A stretch of DNA of 64,000 nucleotides from Hoeflea sp. (GCA_965249925.1 OZ252260.1:1852449-1916448), one strand, 5' to 3'. Shown: positions 19,451 through 29,630, numbered from the stretch's first letter. Notes: generated from the letters alone by a model not told the origin. Translations and numbers: made by a program.

Positions 19451-20071
19451 TCAATCGGATTTGAGGATTGCAACCGGATCAGCCGGCAGCGGGCGGACCG
19501 GAAACGCCGAACTGGACAAAGCCTCCGCCGCATCGGAACTGCCCACGAACCAGCCGGCTTTCAGGCCCGCGCGGCTGCCCGCCTCCATGTCGCTCGGCTT
19601 GTCGCCGACGATGACGGACGTCGCAAGGTCGGCACCGGTCAGCGCAGCGCCGCGCAGCAGCATGCCGGGATTGGGTTTGCGCAACGGATGATCGCCGCTC
19701 GCAAAGGGCGCCACACCGTCCTCGTGATAAGCACAGGCCAGGATGCAGTCGAGCCGCGCCCCGGCCTTGGCGAGCAGCGCTTCGATGCGGTCGGTCACGG
19801 CGACATAATCTGGCCAGCCCATGTAGCCGCGGCCGACGCCGGACTGGTTGCTCACGACGATCACCGGCAGCCCGCGCAGGTTGGCCTCGCGGATCAGCGG
19901 CATGGTGGCGCCGATCATCACGATCTCGTCCGGGTCAGACGGATAGCCGGTGTCGGCGTTGATCACCCCGTCGCGGTCGAGAAACAGGCCCGGCTGCCCG
20001 GCAAAGGCACCCGTCTCGACATTGCACCGCACCCACAGGCCGGTGTCCTCGAGCCCGTCCATCCGCGTCAT
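19451..20071 (-). CDS. gmhB: D-glycero-D-manno-heptose 1,7-bisphosphate phosphatase
   Basis: LFLDRDGVIN, VSNQSGVGRG, RKPNPGM, VGDKPSDMEAG. Confidence 0.92.
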   Translation of the reverse strand: MTRMDGLEDTGLWVRCNVETGAFAGQPGLFLDRDGVINADTGYPSDPDEIVMIGATMPLIREANLRGLPVIVVSNQSGVGRGYMGWPDYVAVTDRIEALLAKAGARLDCILACAYHEDGVAPFASGDHPLRKPNPGMLLRGAALTGADLATSVIVGDKPSDMEAGSRAGLKAGWFVGSSDAAEALSSSAFPVRPLPADPVAILKSD

Positions 20072-20076
20072 ATCGG

Positions 20077-20649
20077 TCAGGTTCCCGACAGCCGTTCCTC
20101 GACCTGGTCGCACAGGTGATGGTAGAGGCAGGCATGCCCCTGCTGGACCAGCGGGGTCGTTTCGGCCGCCACGTTGAACAGTACGTCGCAGCGCCCGGTC
20201 AGCGCGCCGCCGGTCGAACCGGTCATGCCGATCGTACCGAGACCCATGTCGCGGGCCTTGTCGATCGCCAGCACGACGTTGCGGGAATTGCCGCTGGTCG
20301 ACAGGGCAAGCAGCACGCCGCCGCCGCCGCCGTAGGCCTCCACCTGGCGTTCGAACACATGCTCGAAGCCTTTGTCGTTGCTCCAGGCGGTCAGGGTAGC
20401 CACATCGGCAGGCAGTGCGATGACGTTGAAGCCTCTGCGATCCCGGGTAAACCGACCGACCAGTTCGCCGGCGATATGCAGCGCGTCGGCGGCCGATCCG
20501 CCGTTGCCGCAGGTGAGCAGCGGCCGGCCGGCTCGCAGAGCCGAAACGATCATCTCGCAGGCCCGGTCCATCTCGGTCGAAAAGTCCCGCTGCGCCATGC
20601 CGTCCAACACGGCGGCGGAGCGCATCAGATAGTCATGCAGTCGATCCAT
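20077..20649 (-). CDS. gmhA: Sedoheptulose 7-phosphate isomerase
   Basis: CGNGGSAADALHIAGELVGRF, TAWSND.GF..VFERQV, LSTSGNS. Confidence 0.93.
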   Translation of the reverse strand: MDRLHDYLMRSAAVLDGMAQRDFSTEMDRACEMIVSALRAGRPLLTCGNGGSAADALHIAGELVGRFTRDRRGFNVIALPADVATLTAWSNDKGFEHVFERQVEAYGGGGGVLLALSTSGNSRNVVLAIDKARDMGLGTIGMTGSTGGALTGRCDVLFNVAAETTPLVQQGHACLYHHLCDQVEERLSGT

Positions 20650-20658
20650 CGTCTCGTC

Positions 20659-22116
20659 CTATGCGCGGTCCGCCTTCAGGCTGCGGATCGTGTCGGTGGT
20701 GCTGCGGTCGGGCAGCAGTTCCGCCAGCACCACGCGGCCGCCGGCCGCCGTCACCACATCCGCCCCGACCACCTGGTCGATCGTATAGTCGGCGCCCTTG
20801 ACCAGCACGTCCGGCAGCAGCGTCGCGATCAACGCCGCCGGCGTGTCGTCGTTGAACAATACCACGGCATCGACGGATTTGAGCGCCGACAACACCGCCG
20901 CCCGGTCGTCCTGCGTGTTGACCGGGCGATCCTGTCCCTTCAGCCGGCGCACCGAATCGTCGGTGTTGAGCCCGACGATAAGACGGTCGCATTCGGCTCG
21001 CGCCTGACGCAGCAACGAGATATGGCCGGCATGCAGGATATCGAAGCAGCCGTTGGTGAAACCGACGGTGAGGTCGCGGCTCTTCCAACTGTCGACCAGC
21101 CGCCGGGCGTGGTCGACATCCACGGCACCGGGTTTCTCCACGTAACCGTTGAGCTGCGTCAGGATTTCGTCGCGGGTCACCTGGGCGGTGCCGCGCTTGG
21201 CGACGACCACGCCGGCCGCGGCATTGGCCAGCGTGCCGGCCGCCTGCAGATCGAGCCCGGCGGCCAATGCCAGGGCAAACGAGGCTATCACCGTATCGCC
21301 GGCGCCCGACACGTCGAAGACCTCCTGGACCGGTGTCGCCACGTGGTGGGCGAAGTCTGCGCCGACCACGCTCATGCCGTCTTCGCTGCGGGTCGCGACG
21401 ACGAAATCGAAATCGTGCGTCGCCGCCAGATGGCGCGCCGCATCTTCGACCTCGGCATCGGCCACCGCCGCACGTCCGCTCGCCTCGGCGAGTTCGCTGC
21501 GATTGGGCGTCACCGCCGTCGCTCCGGCATAGAGGCCGTAATCGGGGCCCTTAGGATCGACCAGCACCGGCGTTGCGGCGGCATTGCAGCGGGCGATGAT
21601 GTCGGCGGCCACGCCGTTACCGAGCACGCCCTTGCCGTAATCCGACAGGATGACGACGTCGGCCCGTGCGACGAGGGTGGGCAGATGTTGCAGCAGACGG
21701 GAACGGTCGTCGTCGACGAGCGAGCCGCGATCCTCCTCGTCGAAACGCAGCACCTGCTGGCGTTGCGCGACAAAGCGGGTTTTCTGCGAAGTCTGCCGTC
21801 CGTCGCTCGCCAGCACACCGGCGGTTTCGACATCCAGCGCCGCGAGCATAGCTGTCATGTCGGCGCCGGCAGTGTCGCGGCCGATCACGCTTAACGGCAA
21901 CGCGGTTGCGCCCAAGGTCACCAGATTGGCCACGACATTGCCGCCGCCGCCGAGCATCTGCCGCTGGTCGCTGCCGCGCAGGATTGGTATCGGCGCCTCC
22001 GGCGAAATGCGCTCCAGATCGCCGTAGATGAAGCGGTCGAGCATGAAATCGCCGATAACCAGCACCGTCAGGTCGGCGAATCCGGCAATGGCGTCCTGGA
22101 TGGTTTCGAGCTGCAT
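20659..22116 (-). CDS. hldE: Bifunctional heptose 7-phosphate kinase / heptose 1-phosphate adenylyltransferase
   Basis: GDFMLDRFIYG..ERISPEAPIP, VFDVSGAGDTV, FTNGCFDILHAGH; start set at ATG 22116. Confidence 0.95.
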   Translation of the reverse strand: MQLETIQDAIAGFADLTVLVIGDFMLDRFIYGDLERISPEAPIPILRGSDQRQMLGGGGNVVANLVTLGATALPLSVIGRDTAGADMTAMLAALDVETAGVLASDGRQTSQKTRFVAQRQQVLRFDEEDRGSLVDDDRSRLLQHLPTLVARADVVILSDYGKGVLGNGVAADIIARCNAAATPVLVDPKGPDYGLYAGATAVTPNRSELAEASGRAAVADAEVEDAARHLAATHDFDFVVATRSEDGMSVVGADFAHHVATPVQEVFDVSGAGDTVIASFALALAAGLDLQAAGTLANAAAGVVVAKRGTAQVTRDEILTQLNGYVEKPGAVDVDHARRLVDSWKSRDLTVGFTNGCFDILHAGHISLLRQARAECDRLIVGLNTDDSVRRLKGQDRPVNTQDDRAAVLSALKSVDAVVLFNDDTPAALIATLLPDVLVKGADYTIDQVVGADVVTAAGGRVVLAELLPDRSTTDTIRSLKADRA

Positions 22117-22229
22117 GCGGCGTGGAGGTCCATCTGTTCGGGCACGGGGCTTTGTGCTAATGCGCGACACCATTACAATCTGGAATCACGGCGAGCAAGC
22201 GATAGAAGGCCGTTGAGAAAGGGCGTCTG

Positions 22230-23183
22230 ATGATCCTGGTCACCGGCGGCGCGGGCATGATCGGCAGCAATCTGGTGGCGGCGCTGAACGCCGCTGGCCA
22301 CGACGACATCCTGGTCGTCGACGATCTGACCGACGGCACCAAATTCCGCAACATCGCCGATCTCGCCATCGCCGACTACGAGGACAAGGACGACTTTCTG
22401 GCTCGCCTGCAGGGCGGCGGCGTCCATGGCATCAGCGCGGTCTTTCACCAGGGCGCCTGTTCCACCACCACCGAGTGGGACGGCCGCTACATGATGCGCG
22501 ACAACTACAGCTACTCGAAAGCCCTGCTCGCCTTCTGCCAGGTGGGCGGTATTCCGTTCATCTACGCCTCGTCGGCGGCCGTCTATGGCGGTGGCGATCA
22601 GTTCGCCGAGGAAAGCGGCAACGAGCGGCCGCTCAACGTCTACGGCTACTCGAAAAAACTCTTCGACGACCATGTGCGGCGCGCCGTGCTGTCGCAAAGC
22701 GATCACGCGCCGGTGGTCGGCCTGCGTTATTTCAATGTCTACGGGCCGCGCGAGGCGCACAAGGGATCGATGGCCTCGGTCGCCTTCCACCTCTTTGGTC
22801 AGGTGACGAAAGGCGAAAACCCGAAGCTGTTCGGCGCCCATGATGGCTACGGCCCCGGCGAACAGAGCCGCGATTTCATCCACGTCGCCGACGTCGCCGA
22901 TGTCGTTCTGTGGTGCTGGCGTCGTGGCATTAGCGGCATTTTCAACTGCGGCACCGGCCGGGCCGAACCCTTCCGCGCCGTCGCCGAGGCGGTGATCGGC
23001 ACACTGGGTCGCGGCGAGATCGACTACATTGATTTCCCCGACCATCTGAAGGGCCGCTATCAGAGTTTCACCCAGGCCGATATCAGCCGCCTGCGGGCCG
23101 CCGGTTACAACGGTTCGTTGCGGGACGTGGCGACCGGCGTCAGGGACTATGTCGAATGGCTGCAGACCCAACCATCCTGGTGA
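22230..23183 (+). CDS. hldD: ADP-L-glycero-D-manno-heptose 6-epimerase
   Basis: [62 protein letters not shown]. Confidence 0.96.
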   Translation: MILVTGGAGMIGSNLVAALNAAGHDDILVVDDLTDGTKFRNIADLAIADYEDKDDFLARLQGGGVHGISAVFHQGACSTTTEWDGRYMMRDNYSYSKALLAFCQVGGIPFIYASSAAVYGGGDQFAEESGNERPLNVYGYSKKLFDDHVRRAVLSQSDHAPVVGLRYFNVYGPREAHKGSMASVAFHLFGQVTKGENPKLFGAHDGYGPGEQSRDFIHVADVADVVLWCWRRGISGIFNCGTGRAEPFRAVAEAVIGTLGRGEIDYIDFPDHLKGRYQSFTQADISRLRAAGYNGSLRDVATGVRDYVEWLQTQPSW

Positions 23184-24166
23184 TCGGCCCGCGCTGGGTC
23201 GGCGACATGGTTATGGCGCAGTGCCTGTTTGCCGCGCTCAAGGACCGTTTCGAGGGTGCGTCAATCGACGTCATGGCGCCATCCTTCCTGGCACCGCTGG
23301 TCAGGCGCATGCCGGAGGTTACGGGTTTCGTTGACGATCCGCTGCCGCGCGGCAGCGTCGCATTGCGCCAACGCTGGCGGATCGGCAGCGCCATGCGCGG
23401 CAGCTACAGCCGAGCCTACGTCATGCAGGGCAACTGGAAATCGGCGCTGATCCCGTTTTTTGCCGGCGTCGGCACCCGCACCGGCTATCGCAAGGAAATG
23501 CGCTACGGCCTGCTCAACAACATTCTGCCGCTGCCGAAGGCGCGCAAGCGACGTACCGCCGAGATGTTCTTCCACCTGGCCGAAGGCGGTACGTTCCGCA
23601 ATCCGAAGCTCAATGTCGATGCCGATAATCAGGCCCGTCTGTTGCAGGCCCATGGCCTGGCGTCGACGCGCTATGTGGCGATGATGCCGGGCGCCGAATA
23701 CGGCCCGGCCAAGCGCTGGCCGCCGGCACATTATGCCGGGCTGGCCGAACGCCTGGCGCAACGCGGCCTCGATATCGTGCTGCTCGGATCGCCGAAGGAC
23801 GCCGCGGTCACCGAAGAGATTGCCCGGCCGGCGCCGCAGGCGCGCGACCTGGCCGGCCAGACGACACTAAATGACGCCATCGATCTGCTGGCCGGCGCCC
23901 GGCTGGCGGTGACCAATGACAGCGGCCTGATGCATATCGCCGCCGCGGTCGGCACGCCGGTGCTCGCCGTCTACGGATCGACGGCACCGCACAACACGCC
24001 ACCGCTCACCGACCGGCGGGAACTGCTGTGGCTCGACCTCGCGTGTTCACCTTGCCACAAGCGCACCTGTCCGCTCGGTCATCTGGACTGCATGAATCGG
24101 CTCGACGTTGCGCAGGTCGCCGCTGCCGCCGACCGGCTGCTGCAAACGGACGGACATCCGGCATGA
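23156..24166 (+). CDS. waaF: LPS heptosyltransferase II
   Basis: [59 protein letters not shown]. Confidence 0.92.
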   Translation: MAADPTILVIGPRWVGDMVMAQCLFAALKDRFEGASIDVMAPSFLAPLVRRMPEVTGFVDDPLPRGSVALRQRWRIGSAMRGSYSRAYVMQGNWKSALIPFFAGVGTRTGYRKEMRYGLLNNILPLPKARKRRTAEMFFHLAEGGTFRNPKLNVDADNQARLLQAHGLASTRYVAMMPGAEYGPAKRWPPAHYAGLAERLAQRGLDIVLLGSPKDAAVTEEIARPAPQARDLAGQTTLNDAIDLLAGARLAVTNDSGLMHIAAAVGTPVLAVYGSTAPHNTPPLTDRRELLWLDLACSPCHKRTCPLGHLDCMNRLDVAQVAAAADRLLQTDGHPA

Positions 24167-25170
24167 AGGTGCTGCTGGTCAAGACCTCCTCGATGGGCGA
24201 TGTGATCCATACCTTTCCGGCGCTCACCGACGCGCTCGCGGCCCGACCGGAGCTGGAAATCGACTGGTGTGTCGAGGAGCCGTTCACCGATCTGGTACGG
24301 CTGCATCCGGGCGTCGGGCGCATCCACAGGGTCGCCGTACGCCGCTGGCGCTCAACCTTGCTGTCGCCGACGACCCGCCGCGAGATTCTCGACTTCTGGC
24401 GCACCATGCGCGGTGAACGCTACGACCTGGTCATCGACGCGCAGGGTCTCGTTAAAAGCGCCGTACTGTCCCGTCTGGCCGGGCCCAGGGTCGCCGGTCT
24501 CGACCGCGGAAGCGCCCGCGAATCGGCGGCGACGGCCTTCTACCGGCACAAACACCCGGTTGAGCGGAACCGCCACGCGATCGACCGCACACGCCTGCTG
24601 CTCGGCCGCGTTCTGGACTACGAGCCGGATCTCGAGATCCTCGACTACGGACTGGCGCGCGCCACCGGCCGTGCCAGGCCGGAACGGGACGTGTTCCTTC
24701 TGCATGGTACCAGCTGGGCGAGCAAACACTGGCATACGGACGGGTGGATCGATCTGGGCCGGGCCCTGGTCGACGCCGGCCTGCGTCCGGTGGTCACCTA
24801 CGGCAATCCGGCGGAACGACGGGTCACCGAAGCGCTGGCCAGCGCCGTGCCGCAGACACGGGTGGTCCAAAAAACCAGTCTCGGCGAGATCGCCGACGTC
24901 CTGAAAGGATGCACGGCGGCGGTCGGTACCGACAGCGGCCTGACGCATCTCGCCTGCGCGCTGGATTTGCCGACGGTTCAGATCGCCCTCAGCACCGCAC
25001 CCGGTCTCACCGGTCCGCGCGGCCGCAGCGTCGACGTCGTCGCCACGTCGATCGACTGCGCGCCCTGCCGCAAGCGCGAGTGCCCACTGGTCGCTTTGGG
25101 CGAAGTGCAGCCGTGCGCATCAACGGTCACGGCGGACGACCTCATGCGGCGGCTGCAGGCCATGCTGTAG
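24163..25170 (+). CDS. waaC: LPS heptosyltransferase I
   Basis: VKTSSMGDVIHTFPALTD, YDLVIDAQGLVKSA, HAIDRTR, LHGTSW..KHW, GTDSGLTHLA. Confidence 0.9.
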   Translation: MKVLLVKTSSMGDVIHTFPALTDALAARPELEIDWCVEEPFTDLVRLHPGVGRIHRVAVRRWRSTLLSPTTRREILDFWRTMRGERYDLVIDAQGLVKSAVLSRLAGPRVAGLDRGSARESAATAFYRHKHPVERNRHAIDRTRLLLGRVLDYEPDLEILDYGLARATGRARPERDVFLLHGTSWASKHWHTDGWIDLGRALVDAGLRPVVTYGNPAERRVTEALASAVPQTRVVQKTSLGEIADVLKGCTAAVGTDSGLTHLACALDLPTVQIALSTAPGLTGPRGRSVDVVATSIDCAPCRKRECPLVALGEVQPCASTVTADDLMRRLQAML

Positions 25171-25190
25171 GCCTGGTACGGAGGAACAGT

Positions 25191-25589
25191 GTGAACGAGC
25201 CTTGTCCCTGTGGAAGCGAGCGGCCGTTTTCCGACTGCTGCGACCGGTTTCTGAATGGCGGCCAGCGGCCGCGGACGGCCGAACAGCTGATGCGGTCGCG
25301 CTACAGCGCCTTTGCAAGGGGGAACATCGCCTATCTGCGCGATACGCTGTGGCCGAAACACCAGCCCCAACTCGATGAAGCGGCGGTCGCCCGCTGGGCG
25401 GCGGACAATCATTGGGCCGGCCTGACGGTCATCGAGACATCGGGTGGCGGCGAGACCGACCGTGAGGGAACCGTGCTGTTCGAGGCGCGGTACCTGGCGG
25501 GCGGATCGCTGCACACCCACCGTGAGCGCAGCCGGTTCAGAAAAAAAGCCGGCCGCTGGTACTACGTAGAGGCATTGCCAGAAGCGTGA
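25191..25589 (+). CDS. ychJ: YchJ family protein (SEC-C motif)
   Basis: CPCGS...CC, TAEQLMRSRYSAF, WAGLTVI, ERSRF...GRWYY; GGAGG RBS before GTG 25191. Confidence 0.9.
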   Translation: MNEPCPCGSERPFSDCCDRFLNGGQRPRTAEQLMRSRYSAFARGNIAYLRDTLWPKHQPQLDEAAVARWAADNHWAGLTVIETSGGGETDREGTVLFEARYLAGGSLHTHRERSRFRKKAGRWYYVEALPEA

Positions 25590-25600
25590 CCGGCGCTCAG

Positions 25601-26173
25601 TCAGTTGGCTTGCACAATGCGCTGTTCGGCGCGGCGGAAGCTTTCCGCAAGCACCGTGGCATCGCCCAGCGCATGGGCCAGCGATATGCCGCCCTGCCAT
25701 TCGACGACGATGGCGCGGGCTTTGGCGAGCGCGGTCGACGGACGGGCGCCGGTGCGCTGCAGTTCGCGGCCGATAAAGCCGATCAGCAGGTCGAAGGATT
25801 CGGCGGCGCGTTGCGAGGCGTCCGGCGCGCAGTCCCGGAAGTCACGCACCGCCAGGGCGATCGGACAGCCCCTTTCGACCCGGCTGCGGTTCGATTCCGA
25901 CAGCCTGCGGATCAGCGCTAACACACGGCGGCGCGGTTCCGATTCGGCCTCGGCGATCTCCGACAGCATCGACTGCGTCTCGGAAACGAAGATATCGGCG
26001 ACGCCACGCGCAATATCCTGCTTGGTGCGGAAATAGTAGTAAACATTGCCGAGCGGCACTTCGGCGTCACCGGCGATGTCGGCGAGGCTGGTGCTGCCGT
26101 AGCCGAACTGCCAGAAACGGTTGGCCGCGGCGGCCAGCAATCGCTGCCGCCGCAATGTGCCGCGTTTGCCCAC
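25601..26173 (-). CDS. TetR-family regulator (NemR/LmrA-like)
   Basis: FWQFGYGSTSLADIAGDAEVPLGNVYYYFRTK; GCP motif. Confidence 0.9.
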   Translation of the reverse strand: MGKRGTLRRQRLLAAAANRFWQFGYGSTSLADIAGDAEVPLGNVYYYFRTKQDIARGVADIFVSETQSMLSEIAEAESEPRRRVLALIRRLSESNRSRVERGCPIALAVRDFRDCAPDASQRAAESFDLLIGFIGRELQRTGARPSTALAKARAIVVEWQGGISLAHALGDATVLAESFRRAEQRIVQAN

Positions 26174-26176
26174 CGT

Positions 26177-26398
26177 CTACGCCTTTCCGCCGCTGTGCGT
26201 ATCGCCCTCGTCCAGCGGACGCGCCTCCGAGGGCAGCATGATCGGAATGCCGTCCCTGATCGGATAGGCGAGCCCCGCCTGGCGCGACACCAGTTCGTCT
26301 TTCGCCTCGTCGTGTTCCAGTGGCCCCTTCGTCAGGGGACAGACCAGAAGGTCGAGCATTTTGGGATCGATATTTGCCGAGCGCCGCGCTTCAGTCAT
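26177..26398 (-). CDS. Trm112/YcaR family protein
   Basis: [13 protein letters not shown]...[13 protein letters not shown]. Confidence 0.92.
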   Translation of the reverse strand: MTEARRSANIDPKMLDLLVCPLTKGPLEHDEAKDELVSRQAGLAYPIRDGIPIMLPSEARPLDEGDTHSGGKA

Positions 26399-26407
26399 CT
26401 GCCTGGT

Positions 26408-27085
26408 CTATTGCAGCGTGGTGTCGTAATCGTCGTTGTCGCGCGCCAGGGCGATCTCAGTCATCGCAATCAGCGTATCGGCACGCGTTTTCAGGTCCGG
26501 CGCTTCGAGCAGCGCCTGTTTTTCGGCCGGGCCGTAAGGAGCCATCATCGACATGGTGTTGACCAGCGTGGCGTTGCTCGCCTGCTCGACGCTTTCCCAG
26601 TCCGCCTCCAGGTCATTGGCTTCCAGATAGGCGCGAAAACTGTCCAGCAGCGCCGACCGGTTGACATTCTCTTCGCCGGTATCCGAACTCAGATCGTTGA
26701 GGAAAGGCGCGATCCGGCCCTGGCGGTAGGCCTTCTTTTGCGGCGCTTCGTCGATCAGCCGGAAGCGGCAGATGCCGATCAGCGAGATGATGTACCGGCC
26801 GTCGCCGGTTTCCGACAGCGAGGTAATGCGTCCGAGGGTGCCGACGGAACACAGTTGCGGGGCGTCGCAGCGTTCGATCTGACCGTTTGCGTCGAACCGT
26901 GGCTGTATCACCGCAACGATGCGGTTGGACGCAATGGCGTCGTCGATCATGGCCAGGTAGCGCGGCTCGAAAATATTGAGCGGCATCTGGCCGCAGGGCA
27001 GCAGCAGGGCACCGGAAAGCGGAAACAGCGGCACCTGATCCGGTATGTCCCTATCGGTTCGGTAATGCACGTTTCCAGCAAGCAC
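26408..27085 (-). CDS. LON peptidase N-terminal (substrate-binding) domain protein
   Basis: PLFPL, LNIFEPRYLAM, VGTLGRI, GICRFR; start approximate (GTG). Confidence 0.88.
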   Translation of the reverse strand: MLAGNVHYRTDRDIPDQVPLFPLSGALLLPCGQMPLNIFEPRYLAMIDDAIASNRIVAVIQPRFDANGQIERCDAPQLCSVGTLGRITSLSETGDGRYIISLIGICRFRLIDEAPQKKAYRQGRIAPFLNDLSSDTGEENVNRSALLDSFRAYLEANDLEADWESVEQASNATLVNTMSMMAPYGPAEKQALLEAPDLKTRADTLIAMTEIALARDNDDYDTTLQ

Positions 27086-27179
27086 GTCCGCGCCCCGGTC
27101 TGAAATGACTGATACTAGAGGATTTGGGCAGCGGCGCGCAATTCTCAAGACCCCAACCGGAGATTCTGCAACCCGGCGA

Positions 27180-28148
27180 TCAGGAGAACATCAATGAAGA
27201 GAGCTTGCGTCTTGCCGCCAGCGTTGCCGGGTCGCTGGCACCCCATGCCTCGAAGAAGGTGAGCAGCTGTTTGCGCGCCGCGTCATCCTGCCACTGCCGG
27301 TCGGCTTTCATGATGTGCAGCAGGTAATCCGCCGCCTTCTCGCGCTCGTTCATCGCGTTGAGGATCTTGGCCATGTCGAGACGCGCCTCGTGGTCGTCCG
27401 GATTGGCGGCCAGCCGCGCCTCCAGGGCCTGCGGATCGCCCAGCCCGGCAACCTGTTCTTCCAGGGCGAAACGGGCCAGGATGGCGGCGACGTCCGGATC
27501 GGATTTCTGAGCGTCGCTCAGGCCGTCGAGCATCTCCCGCGCCCGGTCCTTCTCACCGGCGGCGATCAGGCATTCGGCCATGCCGGCGGTCGCCTTGGCA
27601 TTGTCCGGCTCGGCCTGCAGGATCGCCCCGAATATCTGCGCCGCGGTGTTGATGTCGCCAGCCTCGAGCGTCGCTTTGGCTTCGGCCAGCATGGCAGCCG
27701 TGTCGGCGGCGCCGTTGTCGCGCACCAGTTTGTCGATGAACTGGCGGATCTGGCTTTCCGGTACCGCGCCCATGAAGGCGTCGACCGGCCGGCCGTCGGC
27801 GAAGGCCACCACCGCCGGGATAGACTGGATGCCCATCTGGCCGGGGATCGACGGGTGGTCGTCGATGTTGAGTTTGACCAGCTTCACCTTGCCGGCCGAT
27901 TCATTGACCACCTTCTCGATGATCGGCGTGAGCTGTTTGCACGGGCCGCACCACGGCGCCCAGAAATCGACGAGCACCGGCTGGTTGCGTGATTCAGCGA
28001 TCACGTCGTTGGTGAAGTCGGCCGTCGTCGTTTCCTTGATCAGCGCTCCGCCGGCAACCGCGCCGTCACCCGACTGATCGCCGAAATTGACGGAGCCGAC
28101 CGTCGCGTTCCCGTAGGAACCGCCATAGGGATTATCGCCATTCTGCAT
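27180..28148 (-). CDS. Thioredoxin-TPR co-chaperone (CnoX/YbbN family)
   Basis: WAPWCGPCKQL active site followed by TPR-like repeats ending RRKLSSLMFS. Confidence 0.92.
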   Translation of the reverse strand: MQNGDNPYGGSYGNATVGSVNFGDQSGDGAVAGGALIKETTTADFTNDVIAESRNQPVLVDFWAPWCGPCKQLTPIIEKVVNESAGKVKLVKLNIDDHPSIPGQMGIQSIPAVVAFADGRPVDAFMGAVPESQIRQFIDKLVRDNGAADTAAMLAEAKATLEAGDINTAAQIFGAILQAEPDNAKATAGMAECLIAAGEKDRAREMLDGLSDAQKSDPDVAAILARFALEEQVAGLGDPQALEARLAANPDDHEARLDMAKILNAMNEREKAADYLLHIMKADRQWQDDAARKQLLTFFEAWGASDPATLAARRKLSSLMFS

Positions 28149-28232
28149 GATTGTCTCCGGGTCGCGGGCCGCCGGTCCGGCCCCTGTCCTTCATATGTGT
28201 TGACCGTAAAATCGCCCCTTCGGGCGTCATTT

Positions 28233-28748
28233 TCAAGACAAGGCCACAATCAGCGGTGTGTGGCCGGTCGATTCCAGGAAGCGGACGAGGTCGTCGCGGC
28301 CGATGGAGGTCGTGGCGTCATTGCGCAGCGGATGGGCGTTGATAACGTCATGCTGCATCAGCGCTGCGTCGAGAACCACCGTCACCAGGCCATTGGTGTC
28401 GTTGACGGCCCCGAAGGCGGTGACCGCGCCGGGTACCACGCCGAGCAGGTCCATCAGCGGCTCGGGCTTGCCGAACGACACCCGCCCCTTGGCGCCGATT
28501 CGGTGGTGGATCGATTTCAGGTCGATCTCCGCATCCTCCTCGACGGTGACCAGGAAGAACTGCCCCTTTTTGTCCTTCAGGAACAGGTTCTTGGTATGGC
28601 CGCCGGGAATGGCATCGCGCAGCGACTGCGATTCCGACACTGTGAAGACCGGCGGATGTTCCTTGGTGCTGTGGGCGATGCCCATCGCGTCCAGCCGGGC
28701 AAACAGCGCATCGGAGGTCAGCGGCGATTTGGTGGTCTCGGCGGTCAT
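28233..28748 (-). CDS. Prolyl-tRNA editing protein (PrdX/ProX, YbaK superfamily)
   Basis: HPPVFTV, HTKNLFLKDKK, LGVVPGAVTAF, HPLRNDAT. Confidence 0.9.
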   Translation of the reverse strand: MTAETTKSPLTSDALFARLDAMGIAHSTKEHPPVFTVSESQSLRDAIPGGHTKNLFLKDKKGQFFLVTVEEDAEIDLKSIHHRIGAKGRVSFGKPEPLMDLLGVVPGAVTAFGAVNDTNGLVTVVLDAALMQHDVINAHPLRNDATTSIGRDDLVRFLESTGHTPLIVALS

Positions 28749-28848
28749 TGCGGGGCCTCGCGGTCAATCGATTTCAACGACAGGGTGATAGGCGCACGGC
28801 GGCGTTTTCGCAATGGCCGGCACACCGTTGGCGCGTTTCATTTTCCTG

Positions 28849-28877
28849 TTGCATTTGTCCTGTCGTTAGGCCATATA
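28849..28877 (+). promoter_or_regulatory. Putative sigma70 promoter of tRNA-Gly
   Basis: TTGCAT-N17-CATATA followed by a GC-rich discriminator. Confidence 0.6.
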
Positions 28878-28946
28878 CCGCCGGGCGCAGGGCTCGGCCC
28901 TGCCCTTACCCCGGCCGGTATCGCCTCGGCGTTCCGGCGCACCCGA

Positions 28947-29021
28947 GCGGGCGTAGCTCAGGGGTAGAGCACAACCTTGCCAAGGTTGGGGTCGTGAGTT
29001 CGAATCTCATCGCCCGCTCCA
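28947..29021 (+). tRNA. tRNA-Gly (GCC)
   Basis: GCGGGCG acceptor stem, CAACC-TTGCCAA-GGTTG anticodon arm, GTTCGAA T-loop, encoded CCA end. Confidence 0.98.
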
Positions 29022-29204
29022 GTTTTCCTATAATTTTCAGTTGCTTATTGACGTCATGAGAGCGCCGTATAGTCACCATGTAGGCACCGAAGAGGTTTTC
29101 CGGGTGATTTGGTGTCTATCGACAGACGACGTTCCGGGTCTGTTTCGTCGTTTTTATCGTGCCCGCACCATAAAGCAATCAGATCCGCCCTCTCATCAGG
29201 ATTG

Positions 29205-29630
29205 CTACTCAGGCATTCCCGCACGCCGCAGCCCTTCGTAAATCGGTCGGCATCTTCATCGAAGTGAAACATCACACCCGCTCGTGTCGATGATAGAGTT
29301 GCATTTGGTAAAACCCGTTGGATCCCGTCGTAGGTCTCTTTGGCCTCTTCAATTCTGTGAAGCATACCCAGCGCCTCCGCCTTTCCTCGCAAGATCGAGA
29401 TGTTGCTGGGCGCTATACGGTGCCCCTCGTTGAGATAAACAAGTGCGGCCTCATCCTCACCACCAAAAAAACGAATCATACCTCGATGAGCTACGAAGCA
29501 GCTGGTCCACACTTCCCGAGGGCTGAAACGAGCAGCCGCCTGCAACAGGCCTTCCGCCCTCTCGTCATGAAGGTACGTCAGTATCATGCCGAGGATGCCC
29601 AGAGCCATTGGATCGTCCGCACGATCATCG
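29205..29630 (-). pseudogene. 5'-truncated, frameshifted TPR (TolB-like/adenylate-cyclase-associated) gene remnant
   Basis: TPR-like DDPMALGILG..ARFSPRE..AEALGMLHRIEEA; a 1-nt shift after GACCGATTT restores EGLRRAGMPE* (TAG at 29205-29207). Confidence 0.65.

Noticed and set aside
25601-28748. TetR-trm112-lonN-cnoX-prdX block as a novel system
   Set aside because: trm112-lonN-cnoX-prdX is a familiar conserved rhizobial gene order; nothing unusual in the sequences
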